Assembly: GCA_043797125.1 (NCBI GenBank)
Contig: JAZDPX010000017.1
Coordinates: forward strand, 23,340-87,339
Length of the DNA stretch: 64,000 bases
Reading direction: 5' to 3'
Source: Candidatus Omnitrophota bacterium
GTDB taxonomy: Bacteria > Omnitrophota > Gorgyraeia > JABMRG01 > JAFGKX01
A program made the position numbers and the translations under genes. Below the pieces are notes generated by a model. The model saw nothing but the letters and a program-made list of their open reading frames with translations. It was not told where the DNA came from and did no database searches. Shown here piece after piece: positions 1 to 8,430 of the stretch (position 1 is its first letter; each line of letters begins with the position of its first letter).

Positions 1-1
1 A

Positions 2-3000
2 TTAGAAAAATCGAAAGAAAAACAGTTGCCTGATAAAAAAATTGAAGACATGCCAAAAGAAGATAATATTTTTAGTGTTGATCTTTTAGAATCTTCCCAA
101 GATTTTTCATTCAATACCGTAAAGGACGAGGAAGGCAAAATAATTGAGCTTTTTTACAATTTCTCCTACGAAGACCAGAAACTACAATTAGTATTAAGGG
201 AGCAAAAATATGCCAGATATAATGTTTTACCGGGCATGGACGCGCGCTTTCTTCTTGATGGAAAAGAAGAATACCTTAAGATTACAGAATTAAATACCTG
301 TCAAACTAAAATTGAAATAAAAGGTAAGAATATCGGCCAGATGCTTTTAACGCTTGTGGAGCCTTCGTATTCGATAGACGTGGGCGGCTGGTGGCAATTT
401 TGCAATAAATTTCTCATTAAGGCAGCAGAAATTTATGCTGAGAAAATTGTTAAGATTTTGAAAAATAGAGGAATTGGGCCTGAAGATTTTAATTTTAGCA
501 GCATACATAGGCTCTTTTCTGAAAGATCCCGTCTTTACGAAGATATAGGGATACGGTATAAATTTAAATCAGGAAAAGAAAAACGTTTAGAGCCGACAAT
601 AGATATTAATTGCTTTAGCGCTACAAGTTATTTCGGTGACGATTATGACGCAAGATGGGAAAGCGAAGAAACGCCGACACTATATAAATCAGGCAAGGCA
701 GAAACCATAAGAAACCCACATGTTCAACTTCCGCAGTATCCTCTAGAAAAAATAAAACAACTCATCCCTGCTATGAAAGTTAGAATTTGCACCGTAGAAG
801 GACTTAATTTCCCGCTCTCTAGTCGCGGACCTCGAACCATTTCTGATGCAATAGATAGAAGCGATAAAATAAGACGTGACATTGATGACGTAGCTTTTGT
901 AGAGACCGGGGAGCTATTAGATATTGAAAATTGGGATAAAAAGGAGTTGCCGGACCTTTTAGTAATAGGGGTGAATGATGAGTATCGTACAGAAGCCGGC
1001 ATCAACAATAATCAGTTAATAGAAATACGCAAAAAAATACCTGAATCATGCGATATATGGATTTACGACTTTAGAAGAAAATCGCTTCTTTCTTATAACG
1101 AATACGTTAAGCAGTATAATATAGCCGAGGGTTTATTGTCACCAAGGCAGGTTGCCGGGAAAATGTGCGATATTATAGAAAGGGACAAGAAAAAATTATT
1201 GCCTTTCTTTTTTATCCCTTCCTCATATGATGCTGATTTTAAAAATCATATTTTAAATATTTGGAAAGAGAAATGTCCGCAGGATGCTGACAAAATAAAG
1301 ATGATGCAAGAAGGCCAAGATATAACGCGTTTCTTTGATTACGACCCTGACCATGATTACGCCTATAATGAACTTACCGGGTGCGGCAAAATACATCTGC
1401 CAAAAGGCTACCAGGCAATTTTTATATTAGATAGTTTTGGAAAGATTCCTTCAGTTTTTAAACACTTTCCTGTCTCTAAGGTATTTGCTTACTTTAAGCA
1501 AGATAGCATGTTTGCTGAAGTAACAGATGAGATAAAGCAAGATGTCGAATATGCACTAGAGAATGTATCTATGTGGGACACCGGAGAACATTTTGCAGCA
1601 ATGCTTCCGGCTTGCATCGAAAAAGCGAGAATTGAGAGAAAACTGCCGGAAGTTATGAAATGGCGTAACTTTATTAAAGGTTTCCTCGCTGCGGCAGAGA
1701 CTCAGGTAACGATTGAAGCGGAGATAGAAGCAGCGACAGCCAGAGATACGGCTGTTACATTTAATAATAAACCTTTCTATTATTTTAAATCTGAAGCAGG
1801 TGAGCACAAATCCCTGCGCCTGGTTTTTGAAAACCCTGAATTTCAGCGAGACACAAGCGGAAATATTCTACGCGCAAGAGAAGGGGACGAGGTAATTGTT
1901 ATGTGGGCCTCAAAGGATGACAATCGCAGGAAAGCAGGCATACAAGACTCATTTAAGGCAACCGTAATAAGCCTTGATGAGGATAAAGTTGAGCTGCAGC
2001 CTGAAAGGCATGTTGATTTAAAAAACTTGCCTCAAATTGGCCAGATAAAAAAAGAGTTTAACGGAGCTATCTATGCTACGCAGATTGAATTTTTACGCGA
2101 CCTTATGCGCTATATGAATAAAAACGAAGAAGGCAGGCTGTCTATGGGTAGGCGAGCTGAAACTATTGATGTAGTAATGGGGCTTAGGCTTCCTGCCTTT
2201 ACGCATAAGGAAGCGGAGAGAATTAAGTTAAAAAATATAGACATTGCTGATAATGAACAGCAACTCAAAGTCTTGTCGGCAGTATCATATGGCGGAACAG
2301 CTGAACTATGTCAAGGCCCGCCAGGCACAGGGAAAACAACACTTTCCTGCGAAGCGGATTATCAGCTGATATGTCCTTACTACGGGAGTCTTCTAGTAGC
2401 ATCGCAGACAAACAGAGGCGTTGATAATTTATTACTTAAGATTAAAGATAGCGGAATAAAAGTTTATAGGGTTGGCAATAACCCCTATATTATCGACAGC
2501 CGCCTTAGAAAAAACTGGCTGTTTGCGGGAAAACCTATAAAACCAAAAGAACCACGCAGAGGGACGAAAATGACTGACGATGAATGGAATAAAATTAGCG
2601 GGGATTACGGAGAAAAATGTGATAAATATAGAAAAGATCTCAAAGAGTGGAAGCAGGAATTTAATGAAAGGCTGGAGCAGATTCGAGACGGAAGAGCGGT
2701 GGTGGGCGGCACCTGCATGGGCATAGCGCATGAATTTGCGCTACGAGACATCCATTACAAACATATTATAATAGAAGAGGCAAGTGTTGCTTCTTTTGTT
2801 GAAGCAATGCTTGTTGTATCAAAATTAACAAAAGACGGTAAGCTGCTGTTCATAGGAGACCAAAAACAGCTTGGCCTTCCTCCCATGCCAGAGTATTTAA
2901 AAGATAAATTAAGTGAAGTAAGCTATGCGCAAGACTATATAGAACCGCTGAATAAAAGCCTGTTCGAACTTCTAATCGATGAGGGTGTGATTAATATAAC

Positions 3001-4474
3001 CATGCTCAAGGACTGCTATAGAATGCTGCCTAATCTCGTAGGATTTACGAATATCTTTTATGACGGAGAATTAAAAGCGCAGAGGGTGCCGCGGCATGAA
3101 TTAGAGGATAAGACAGCTGTCATTTTCATAGATACTAAAAACATGGCAAAAAATGCTGAAATGCCTTGTGGGTTTTCCTGGCAGAACCAGCTTGAAGCAG
3201 AATTAATCTTGTCGTGTATTGATAAAATCAAATCATGCGGAATTAAGTTAGAACCCGAAGATTTAGGCATTATAACACCCTACGCAAGGCAGGCAGGCCT
3301 TATAAGGCAGCTTTTGGCAAAAAAAATAAACGATAAGAACGAGTTAATCCGATACCTGGCGAATGTTGGCACAGCATGGCCGTTTCAAGGGCAGGAGAGA
3401 GATACGACCTTTGTTTCACTGGTAAGGTCCGGGGGCAGTAAAACAGGTTTTATAAACGAGAATATGTATAATGTAATTACATCGCGCGCAAGAAACCGCA
3501 TGATAATTATTGGAAATTCCGACACGTTTTTACGCAGCCCAAACAGGGGCCTGCGCGATAAGTTTTCCGAGACATTGGAATATGTTAAGAAAAATGCCGT
3601 ATATTTAGCCCCCACCTCAAAAGATGAATTGGACCTGTCATTCTTAATTGAAGCAGAAAAGGGGATACAAAAAGCCAGTATGTCTGACATGGAGCGGCTG
3701 GCTGAAATATCAAGAAAAGACAATAACATGCTCCAGGAAGCTGGATTTAGAGCGCCGGAGAAAGGGAGGCTATATAAAGAGGAGAAAGAACACTTTATGG
3801 AGAATATATATCAATGGTCTGAAGACGCGCATCCTACCATACTGATTTCTTCGGACTTGTTTTTGCAAAAAAAGATACCATACGAATTCTTAGATTTTTT
3901 AGCGCGCAAAAGGCTTATCTCTTGCGTTAAGATATTAGCTCGAAACCAGCGCGAAAAGAAGAAAATAAACGATATGGGCCTGGTTATCACCATAAGGGGC
4001 GATGAACTTTTTAATGTCATAACAACCCCGCTATATGACGAGATTATTGTTGTTGAAGATGAGGATATAAAACAGGAAAACTGGAATATGATGCCTCAAA
4101 CCCAGGAAGAAATAGAAATCTTAAGAACAAAGCTCGCCATAAAACTTGTAAAAAATAAGGCATATTTAGATGATATAGACATGGGGATTGTTGTGGTTTC
4201 AGGGCCCTTCAAAGCCAAAGAAGGGTGGAATCTTGAAGTTTTTAAAAATAATATAAAAATTCCTGGGGTTATTATGACAGTTTTGACATACAAAGACAAC
4301 GCTGCCATAATACCATCGGACTATAGTCTTTTTTATACCTGCAATAGATCGTTCGGAGGACTAAGGCACGAAGATACTTTAATAATCCAAATTCCGGCAT
4401 ATGGTTTCACCATACCCAATGTACAAAAAATTGAAGTAATGGAAGCGATATCTGCAATTACGGAATGCGCATAA
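2..4474 (+). CDS. Giant multidomain protein (5' truncated by window) with UPF1/DNA2-like superfamily 1 helicase domain and uncharacterised N- and C-terminal regions
   Basis: The frame stays open from base 2 (LEKSKEKQLPDK...), so the TTG at 26 is probably not the true start. SF1 motifs: QGPPGTGKTT (~2312-2341), IIIEEAS, FIGDQKQL, YRM, GIITPYARQ, FQGQERD, NVITSRAR. Confidence 0.85.
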   Translation, partial: LEKSKEKQLPDKKIEDMPKEDNIFSVDLLESSQDFSFNTVKDEEGKIIELFYNFSYEDQKLQLVLREQKYARYNVLPGMDARFLLDGKEEYLKITELNTCQTKIEIKGKNIGQMLLTLVEPSYSIDVGGWWQFCNKFLIKAAEIYAEKIVKILKNRGIGPEDFNFSSIHRLFSERSRLYEDIGIRYKFKSGKEKRLEPTIDINCFSATSYFGDDYDARWESEETPTLYKSGKAETIRNPHVQLPQYPLEKIKQLIPAMKVRICTVEGLNFPLSSRGPRTISDAIDRSDKIRRDIDDVAFVETGELLDIENWDKKELPDLLVIGVNDEYRTEAGINNNQLIEIRKKIPESCDIWIYDFRRKSLLSYNEYVKQYNIAEGLLSPRQVAGKMCDIIERDKKKLLPFFFIPSSYDADFKNHILNIWKEKCPQDADKIKMMQEGQDITRFFDYDPDHDYAYNELTGCGKIHLPKGYQAIFILDSFGKIPSVFKHFPVSKVFAYFKQDSMFAEVTDEIKQDVEYALENVSMWDTGEHFAAMLPACIEKARIERKLPEVMKWRNFIKGFLAAAETQVTIEAEIEAATARDTAVTFNNKPFYYFKSEAGEHKSLRLVFENPEFQRDTSGNILRAREGDEVIVMWASKDDNRRKAGIQDSFKATVISLDEDKVELQPERHVDLKNLPQIGQIKKEFNGAIYATQIEFLRDLMRYMNKNEEGRLSMGRRAETIDVVMGLRLPAFTHKEAERIKLKNIDIADNEQQLKVLSAVSYGGTAELCQGPPGTGKTTLSCEADYQLICPYYGSLLVASQTNRGVDNLLLKIKDSGIKVYRVGNNPYIIDSRLRKNWLFAGKPIKPKEPRRGTKMTDDEWNKISGDYGEKCDKYRKDLKEWKQEFNERLEQIRDGRAVVGGTCMGIAHEFALRDIHYKHIIIEEASVASFVEAMLVVSKLTKDGKLLFIGDQKQLGLPPMPEYLKDKLSEVSYAQDYIEPLNKSLFELLIDEGVINITMLKDCYRMLPNLVGFTNIFYDGELKAQRVPRHELEDKTAVIFIDTKNMAKNAEMPCGFSWQNQLEAELILSCIDKIKSCGIKLEPEDLGIITPYARQAGLIRQLLAKKINDKNELIRYLANVGTAWPFQGQERDTTFVSLVRSGGSKTGFINENMYNVITSRARNRMIIIGNSDTFLRSPNRGLRDKFSETLEYVKKNAVYLAPTSKDELDLSFLIEAEKGIQKASMSDMERLAEISRKDNNMLQEAGFRAPEKGRLYKEEKEHFMENIYQWSEDAHPTILISSDLFLQKKIPYEFLDFLARKRLISCVKILARNQREKKKINDMGLVITIRGDELFNVITTPLYDEIIVVEDEDIKQENWNMMPQTQEEIEILRTKLAIKLVKNKAYLDDIDMGIVVVSGPFKAKEGWNLEVFKNNIKIPGVIMTVLTYKDNAAIIPSDYSLFYTCNRSFGGLRHEDTLIIQIPAYGFTIPNVQKIEVMEAISAITECA

Positions 4475-4487
4475 CTATCCTATTGTA

Positions 4488-4515
4488 TTGACAAAAGAAT
4501 ATTCGCTGATATAAT
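4488..4515 (+). promoter_or_regulatory. sigma70-type promoter for riboswitch/btuB leader
   Basis: TTGACA(4488)-N16-TATAAT(4510) with extended -10 TG. Confidence 0.75.
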
Positions 4516-4536
4516 TAATGATATAACAAATTTCTT

Positions 4537-4706
4537 ATACAGGCGGCACACGTTGCCATAATAGGGAAGCCCGTTAAAATCGGACACGGTCCCGCCGCTG
4601 TAAGTGCATACGAAAGTCCAAAAAAGCCACTGTGCTGAAAACTCACGGCATGGGAAGGCATAAGACGAGTAGGTTTTAAAGCACAAGTCAGAAGACCTGC
4701 CTGTAT
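4537..4706 (+). ncRNA. Cobalamin (B12) riboswitch
   Basis: Hallmarks AATAGGGAA, CGGTCCCGCCGCTGTAA, GCCACTG...GGGAAGG and B12 box AAGTCAGAAGACCTGCC. The ends pair (ATACAGGC/GCCTGTAT) and it lies upstream of a TonB-dependent receptor. Confidence 0.93.
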
Positions 4707-4814
4707 ATTAAGTCAAGAGGCTTCGAGAGAAAGCCAAAAGACGCATATAGTCGGGAGAAAACGGCCCCGAATGTAGAACTTCTAAAGAAGCCTACCTTCG
4801 GGGTTTTTTATTTA

Positions 4815-4872
4815 TCCCGACGATGCTCCCAAAGGTCGCATTGTCGGGACAAAATTTGTTTCACAAATTTTG
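4815..4872. repeat. Twin-hairpin intergenic repeat, copy 1 (copy 2 at 26651-26709)
   Basis: TCCCGACGATGC..GCATTGTCGGGA hairpin followed by CAAAATTTG-TTTCA-CAAATTTTG hairpin; near-identical to copy 2. Confidence 0.85.
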
Positions 4873-4884
4873 GGAGGCAGCTTA

Positions 4885-6954
4885 ATGAAGAAATATATAT
4901 TTTTAAGTATAACAATATTTTTTTTATTTATTAATTTAGTGCTAGCGGAAGAAAAAAATGTCACTGAATTAGAGCCTATTGTTATCACGCCGTGGCGTGT
5001 CGAAGAGCTTGCAGCGAATGTAAGCAAAAATACAAGTGTCACAACCGAAGATGATATTAACAGGACATCCGCAAAATATCTTTACGAGGCTGTAAAAGAT
5101 AAGGCAGGTGTAACAATATCGGAGCAACTCGGCAACCCAAAAGGAACTGTAATGGATATCAGGGGTTTTGGCGAGGCAAGCACATCTAATGTGCTCGTGC
5201 TTTTAGACGGAAGACGCACCAATCAAATTGACCTTTCAGGCGTTGATTGGGGCCAGATTGATTTGCATTCAGTTGAACAAGTGGAAATTATTAAGGGCCC
5301 GTCGACAGTGCTATACGGCGATAACGCGACCGGAGGATTAATTAATGTCATTACAAAAAAGAAGGGCTCAAAGAAGTTGAACCTTGATATCGGCAGCGAG
5401 TTAGGCAGCCATAAATATCACAAGGAATACGGCAACCTTTCTGGTTCAATAGAGAGAGCCAATTATTTCTTTAACTATTCCCATACCCAGACCAACGGAT
5501 ACAGGGCTAATAACGCATATTGGGCTAACGATTATTTTTGCCGCACCAATGTAAATCCATTGGATGATTTTAATCTCGGGCTTTCGCTCGGTTATCACAG
5601 GGACCGTTACGGAATGCCCGGCGCTCTTTATTTGGCAGGCAATCCCTTCGCAACAATGCCAAAAGGCTTAGAGCAGGTAGGAAGAAGAGGCACAGCCTTT
5701 CCTGATGACAGAGGGTACACGCAAGACATCTTTGCAACGGTTGAGCCTGAATTTTCTTTCACATTAGGCGATCACGATATAATAGCCAGCATGTTCGGTT
5801 CTTTCAGGCAAAGAAGAAACAAGAGCCTGAATATACCTGAAGAAAATATCTGGATGCCGCACAGCGAATATGAGACAATACATCATATAAAGACTTTTGA
5901 CTTGAGGCCTAAAACAGAGTTTGATTTAAGTTTTTTTGATTCAAAACTTATTAATAAACTTACGCTTGGTTCTGATCTTCTTTTCGCGACAGATCAGATA
6001 TTAAGCGGTAACAGATTGACCGGCCAGGACCAGACTACGATACAAAAGGACGCAGTCGGCTTGTATCTGCATGACAGCGTCAGGGTTTCAGACAGGCTGC
6101 TTTTTAATGCCGGCGGCCGCGGCGAATGGGCGGATTATACCTTTGACCAGGAAAAAATAGTGACCGGATACAGTACAGCGTCACTGAAAAACGCAGCTTA
6201 TGAATTTGGCAGCGGGTACAAATATAGCGATTTCTCGCAGGTGTATATAAATTATAGCAGATCATACCGCAACCCCAACACAGAGGAATTTTATCAGAAT
6301 AGATATTTAAATACATGGACAGGCAATGTTGAAGGCGGGCTTAACGCAGCTCTTAAGGCTCAAAAAGGCGATAATATAGAAATAGGCGTAAAAGACGCTA
6401 CTTTTAAACCGTTTAGAATAAACGCTGATTATTTCTGGATGAAAATAAAAGACGAAATATACTATGATCCCGCGACATTTACCAACTCAAATTATACGCC
6501 TGAAACAATACACCGTGGCTTTGAGGTTGAATCCGCTTTAAACCTTTTTAACGATATTTTGAACCCATATGTTAACTTAACGCTGCAGGAGGCATATTTT
6601 AAGGGAGGCCAGTATGCCGATAATTTAATTCCGCTTGTACCTAAGGTAAAGGTTGGAGCCGGCATATTGTTCATCCCATATAAAGGGCTTGAATGGTCTT
6701 TTTCAGGCAGTTATGTCGGCTCGCGTTTTAAGGTCAGCGACCAGAATAATATTGCCCCCAAGCTTAAACCATATGCAACCTTTGATACAAAACTGTCATA
6801 TACATGGTGTGATTTTACGATTTACAGCTCTATCAGCAATTTGTTTAATGAAAAATATTACGGCTACGCGGTAACCAACAGCACGGGTACGGCAGAGACA
6901 TTTTACCCTGCTCAAGAACGCTCTTTTGAAGCCGGAGCAGCTTTTAAATTTTGA
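4885..6954 (+). CDS. btuB: TonB-dependent outer-membrane receptor, BtuB-like cobalamin transporter
   Basis: Signal peptide; TonB box-like LEPIVIT; plug motifs DIRGFG, VLLDGR, VEIIKGPSTVLYG; C-terminal F; downstream of B12 riboswitch. Start moved to ATG 4885 after GGAGG. Confidence 0.85.
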   Translation: MKKYIFLSITIFFLFINLVLAEEKNVTELEPIVITPWRVEELAANVSKNTSVTTEDDINRTSAKYLYEAVKDKAGVTISEQLGNPKGTVMDIRGFGEASTSNVLVLLDGRRTNQIDLSGVDWGQIDLHSVEQVEIIKGPSTVLYGDNATGGLINVITKKKGSKKLNLDIGSELGSHKYHKEYGNLSGSIERANYFFNYSHTQTNGYRANNAYWANDYFCRTNVNPLDDFNLGLSLGYHRDRYGMPGALYLAGNPFATMPKGLEQVGRRGTAFPDDRGYTQDIFATVEPEFSFTLGDHDIIASMFGSFRQRRNKSLNIPEENIWMPHSEYETIHHIKTFDLRPKTEFDLSFFDSKLINKLTLGSDLLFATDQILSGNRLTGQDQTTIQKDAVGLYLHDSVRVSDRLLFNAGGRGEWADYTFDQEKIVTGYSTASLKNAAYEFGSGYKYSDFSQVYINYSRSYRNPNTEEFYQNRYLNTWTGNVEGGLNAALKAQKGDNIEIGVKDATFKPFRINADYFWMKIKDEIYYDPATFTNSNYTPETIHRGFEVESALNLFNDILNPYVNLTLQEAYFKGGQYADNLIPLVPKVKVGAGILFIPYKGLEWSFSGSYVGSRFKVSDQNNIAPKLKPYATFDTKLSYTWCDFTIYSSISNLFNEKYYGYAVTNSTGTAETFYPAQERSFEAGAAFKF

Positions 6955-6959
6955 CATCA

Positions 6960-6988
6960 TTGACAATAAAAACCAAAAAGACTATAAT
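6960..6988 (+). promoter_or_regulatory. Consensus sigma70 promoter, probably leaderless transcript
   Basis: TTGACA-N17-TATAAT; ATG at 6995 is only 6 nt after the -10. Confidence 0.75.
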
Positions 6989-6994
6989 AAAATT

Positions 6995-7696
6995 ATGTTA
7001 ACAGACAGGATATTCAGATACTGTATTCTGTTTTCACTTTTAGCGCATGCGATTCTTTTTTTGAATATTAAACCCTTTGGCATCTTCAATAATACGCAGT
7101 CGCTTGAGAACATAGAAGTTACTTATATGGAAAAAGCGCTTAAAGTAAACGGCGTTTTGCCTGAGGCTATTGTAAGTAAGCATGAGAAAATAGCAGGCAA
7201 TGTGCCAATTAAAGGCGAGGCAAAGGCCCTTAACGCTGAAAAGGTTAATATAGCAGATAGACAGATAGTTAGTCAAACTCCCAAGCCGCAGGCGGCGCCG
7301 GCTGCAGAAAAGATACAGCCGGTCAAACAGCTGATACCATTGCCTGAAATTGAGCTGACGCAAAACCAGATGTTAATCTACAACGCAAACAAGGATTTTT
7401 CAAGCGACCCGTCTTATCTAAATTACCACACAATTGTAAGGAATAAGATTAAGAAAATGGCCAATGCAAGCAAGCCCTACATATTTAAAGTTGGCGAGGT
7501 CACATTGCTCTTCACTATCCTTAGCAGCGGCGATTTGGAAGACGCGTCCATAATAGAAGAGGCCTCTGCCTCTGACCTAAAATTGCGGCAGTGCGCATTA
7601 GATAGCGTGTATGCCGCTTCGCCGTTCCCGCTCTTCACCAGCGACATGAAAGAATCCCGCCTTAATCTCCAAGTCACGATTTCGTTTGAGAAATAA
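6995..7696 (+). CDS. TonB/TolA-family energy transducer (N-terminal TM, C-terminal TonB_C-like domain)
   Basis: TM with SLLAH motif, Pro/Ala-rich linker, C-terminal GEVTLLFTILSSG...ALDSVYAASPFP. Confidence 0.75.
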   Translation: MLTDRIFRYCILFSLLAHAILFLNIKPFGIFNNTQSLENIEVTYMEKALKVNGVLPEAIVSKHEKIAGNVPIKGEAKALNAEKVNIADRQIVSQTPKPQAAPAAEKIQPVKQLIPLPEIELTQNQMLIYNANKDFSSDPSYLNYHTIVRNKIKKMANASKPYIFKVGEVTLLFTILSSGDLEDASIIEEASASDLKLRQCALDSVYAASPFPLFTSDMKESRLNLQVTISFEK

Positions 7697-7699
7697 CTG

Positions 7700-7878
7700 A
7701 AGCGAGGCTTTTGCATGTTCGGCACTGAAATTTTTTGCCGTCTTTTTGGACTTACGGCTCGCTCGCTTTCCCAAACATCTAAACTTAGCCGCTCCTCGCC
7801 GTAAGTCCGAAAAAGACCTATTGGCTTCTTCGGTGGCAAAAAATTTCTGATGTGCCTCGCATTGCAAAAGCCTCGCTT
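7700..7878. repeat. ~180-nt long imperfect hairpin / MITE-like element
   Basis: Perfect 16-bp terminal IR AAGCGAGGCTTTTGCA/TGCAAAAGCCTCGCTT. Inner stems GAAATTTTTTGCC/GGCAAAAAATTTC and GTCTTTTTGGACTTACGGC/GCCGTAAGTCCGAAAAAGAC. Confidence 0.85.
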
Positions 7879-7891
7879 ATTTAAGATAGTG

Positions 7892-8145
7892 TAAGCCTTT
7901 AGGCATAGCCGAAAAAACAATAGCGGAAGATTTGGTTCACTTGTTTTGGGGGTTGGCAAAACTACAGGAGTGCCTGCCTACCGTCAGGCAGGCAGGCTGG
8001 GGACACCGAAACTGAACCCTTGGATGGTAGGGCAGGCTTAAGCCTGCCCTACCATCTGTAGGTGAATTTCGGTGGGGCCCCAGCCGAACGACTTTAGTTT
8101 TGCCCAAATCTGGAGCGTGTTTTTGAGGCAATGCCTAAAGGCTTA
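7892..8145. repeat. ~250-nt nested hairpin / MITE-like element containing two smaller palindromes
   Basis: 15-bp terminal IR TAAGCCTTTAGGCAT/ATGCCTAAAGGCTTA; internal TGCCTGCCT-ACCGTC-AGGCAGGCA (7971-7994); GTAG palindrome at the apex (8027-8052). Confidence 0.85.
8027..8052. repeat. 26-bp GTAG-N6-CTTAAG-N6'-CTAC palindrome, copy A
   Basis: GTAGGGCAGGCTTAAGCCTGCCCTAC perfect palindrome. Confidence 0.9.
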
Positions 8146-8165
8146 AATAACGGTGCAGAATAAAT

Positions 8166-8193
8166 TTGACAATAATAGTGTATGTGTTATAAT
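8166..8193 (+). promoter_or_regulatory. sigma70 promoter upstream of rpsU
   Basis: TTGACA-N16-TATAAT with extended -10 TG. Confidence 0.7.
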
Positions 8194-8230
8194 ATGCGGA
8201 CTAAACGAAATTAAAATTTGAAAGGGGGAG

Positions 8231-8413
8231 ATGGTCTTGCCGAGAGTAGAACTAAGAGAAAATGAACCTGTTGACCGGGCATTACGCAGGTTAAAGAAGA
8301 AGATAGAGCGCGAAGGCATCCTCAGAGAGCTTAAAGCCCGTAAGCATTATGAAAAGCCAAGCGTAAAGAAACGTAGAAAACAAAAAGAAGCCAGAAGCCG
8401 CAAAAAGAGATAA
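8231..8413 (+). CDS. rpsU: 30S ribosomal protein S21
   Basis: [18 protein letters not shown]...[12 protein letters not shown]. Confidence 0.95.
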   Translation: MVLPRVELRENEPVDRALRRLKKKIEREGILRELKARKHYEKPSVKKRRKQKEARSRKKR

Positions 8414-8430
8414 TTTCCATACCAAAAAAG

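Noticed and set aside
7477-8131. Minus-strand ORFs across the hairpin region
   Set aside because: No recognisable motifs; explained by palindromic non-coding DNA and overlap with tonB.
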